7,380 nt of DNA from a virus (lineage: Duplodnaviria; Heunggongvirae; Uroviricota; Caudoviricetes), in IMG/VR virus record IMGVR_UViG_2751185969_000006; one strand, 5' to 3'. How positions within the stretch are numbered: position 1 is the stretch's first letter; each line of letters starts with the position of its first letter. Below, piece by piece: positions 7,299-7,380 of the stretch. The notes under the pieces are model-generated. The model was not told where the DNA came from, did no database searches, and was given only the letters and a program-made list of their open reading frames with translations. The translations under genes were made by a program, and so were the position numbers.

Positions 7299-7380
7299 TG
7301 CAGGATATTCACGAAGAAAGTCTGAACGAGTCGGTTAAGTCAGAGCAGTCACCGCGGGTGGTACTCTGGGAAATCGACCT
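7298..7380 (+). CDS. Minor tail protein L (lambda gpL-like), 5' part only; continues beyond the window
   Basis: ATG 7298 overlaps the M stop (TGATG). MQDIHEESLNESVKSEQSPRVVLWEID matches the lambda gpL N-terminus (MQDIRQETLNECTRAEQSARVVLWEID) as I recall it. Confidence 0.85.
   Translation, partial: MQDIHEESLNESVKSEQSPRVVLWEID

Noticed and set aside
1-7380. A cargo/moron, defence system, toxin-antitoxin pair, CRISPR array, tRNA or IS element hidden in the operon
   Set aside because: Every gap between the structural genes is 66 nt or less and is occupied by an RBS or hairpin. There are no direct or inverted repeat arrays, no tRNA-like cloverleaf candidates, and no reverse-strand gene with a credible start. 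I cannot support any such feature from the sequence.

Overview
Nearly the whole window is one co-directional (+ strand), tightly packed late structural operon of a lambdoid siphovirus prophage in an enterobacterial host. In order it carries: the 3' part of an unrecognised phage structural gene, a gp6-like head-tail connector, a head-closure protein, an HK97 gp10-like tail completion protein, a tail-terminator-like protein, a lambda gpV-like major tail protein with a C-terminal Ig-like domain, a G/GT tail-assembly chaperone pair with a textbook -1 slippery heptamer, a ~1088-codon tape measure gene, lambda gpM-like minor tail protein, and the start of gpL. Most genes are translationally coupled (GTGA, ATGA, TGATG overlaps). 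I found no rRNA, tRNA, CRISPR array, IS element or cargo/defence gene, and no intergenic gap exceeds 66 nt, so I cannot support a novel system here. The three signals most worth a second look are: (1) the left edge, where what I recall as the E. coli lpxH 3' region is abruptly joined near nt 99 to the interior of a phage gene; (2) an in-frame amber (TAG) codon at 3806-3808 interrupting the tape measure gene 36 codons after its start; (3) two terminator-like hairpins inside the operon, bracketing the major-tail/chaperone block. All homology statements are from reading the translations and from memory of protein families; no database search was run.
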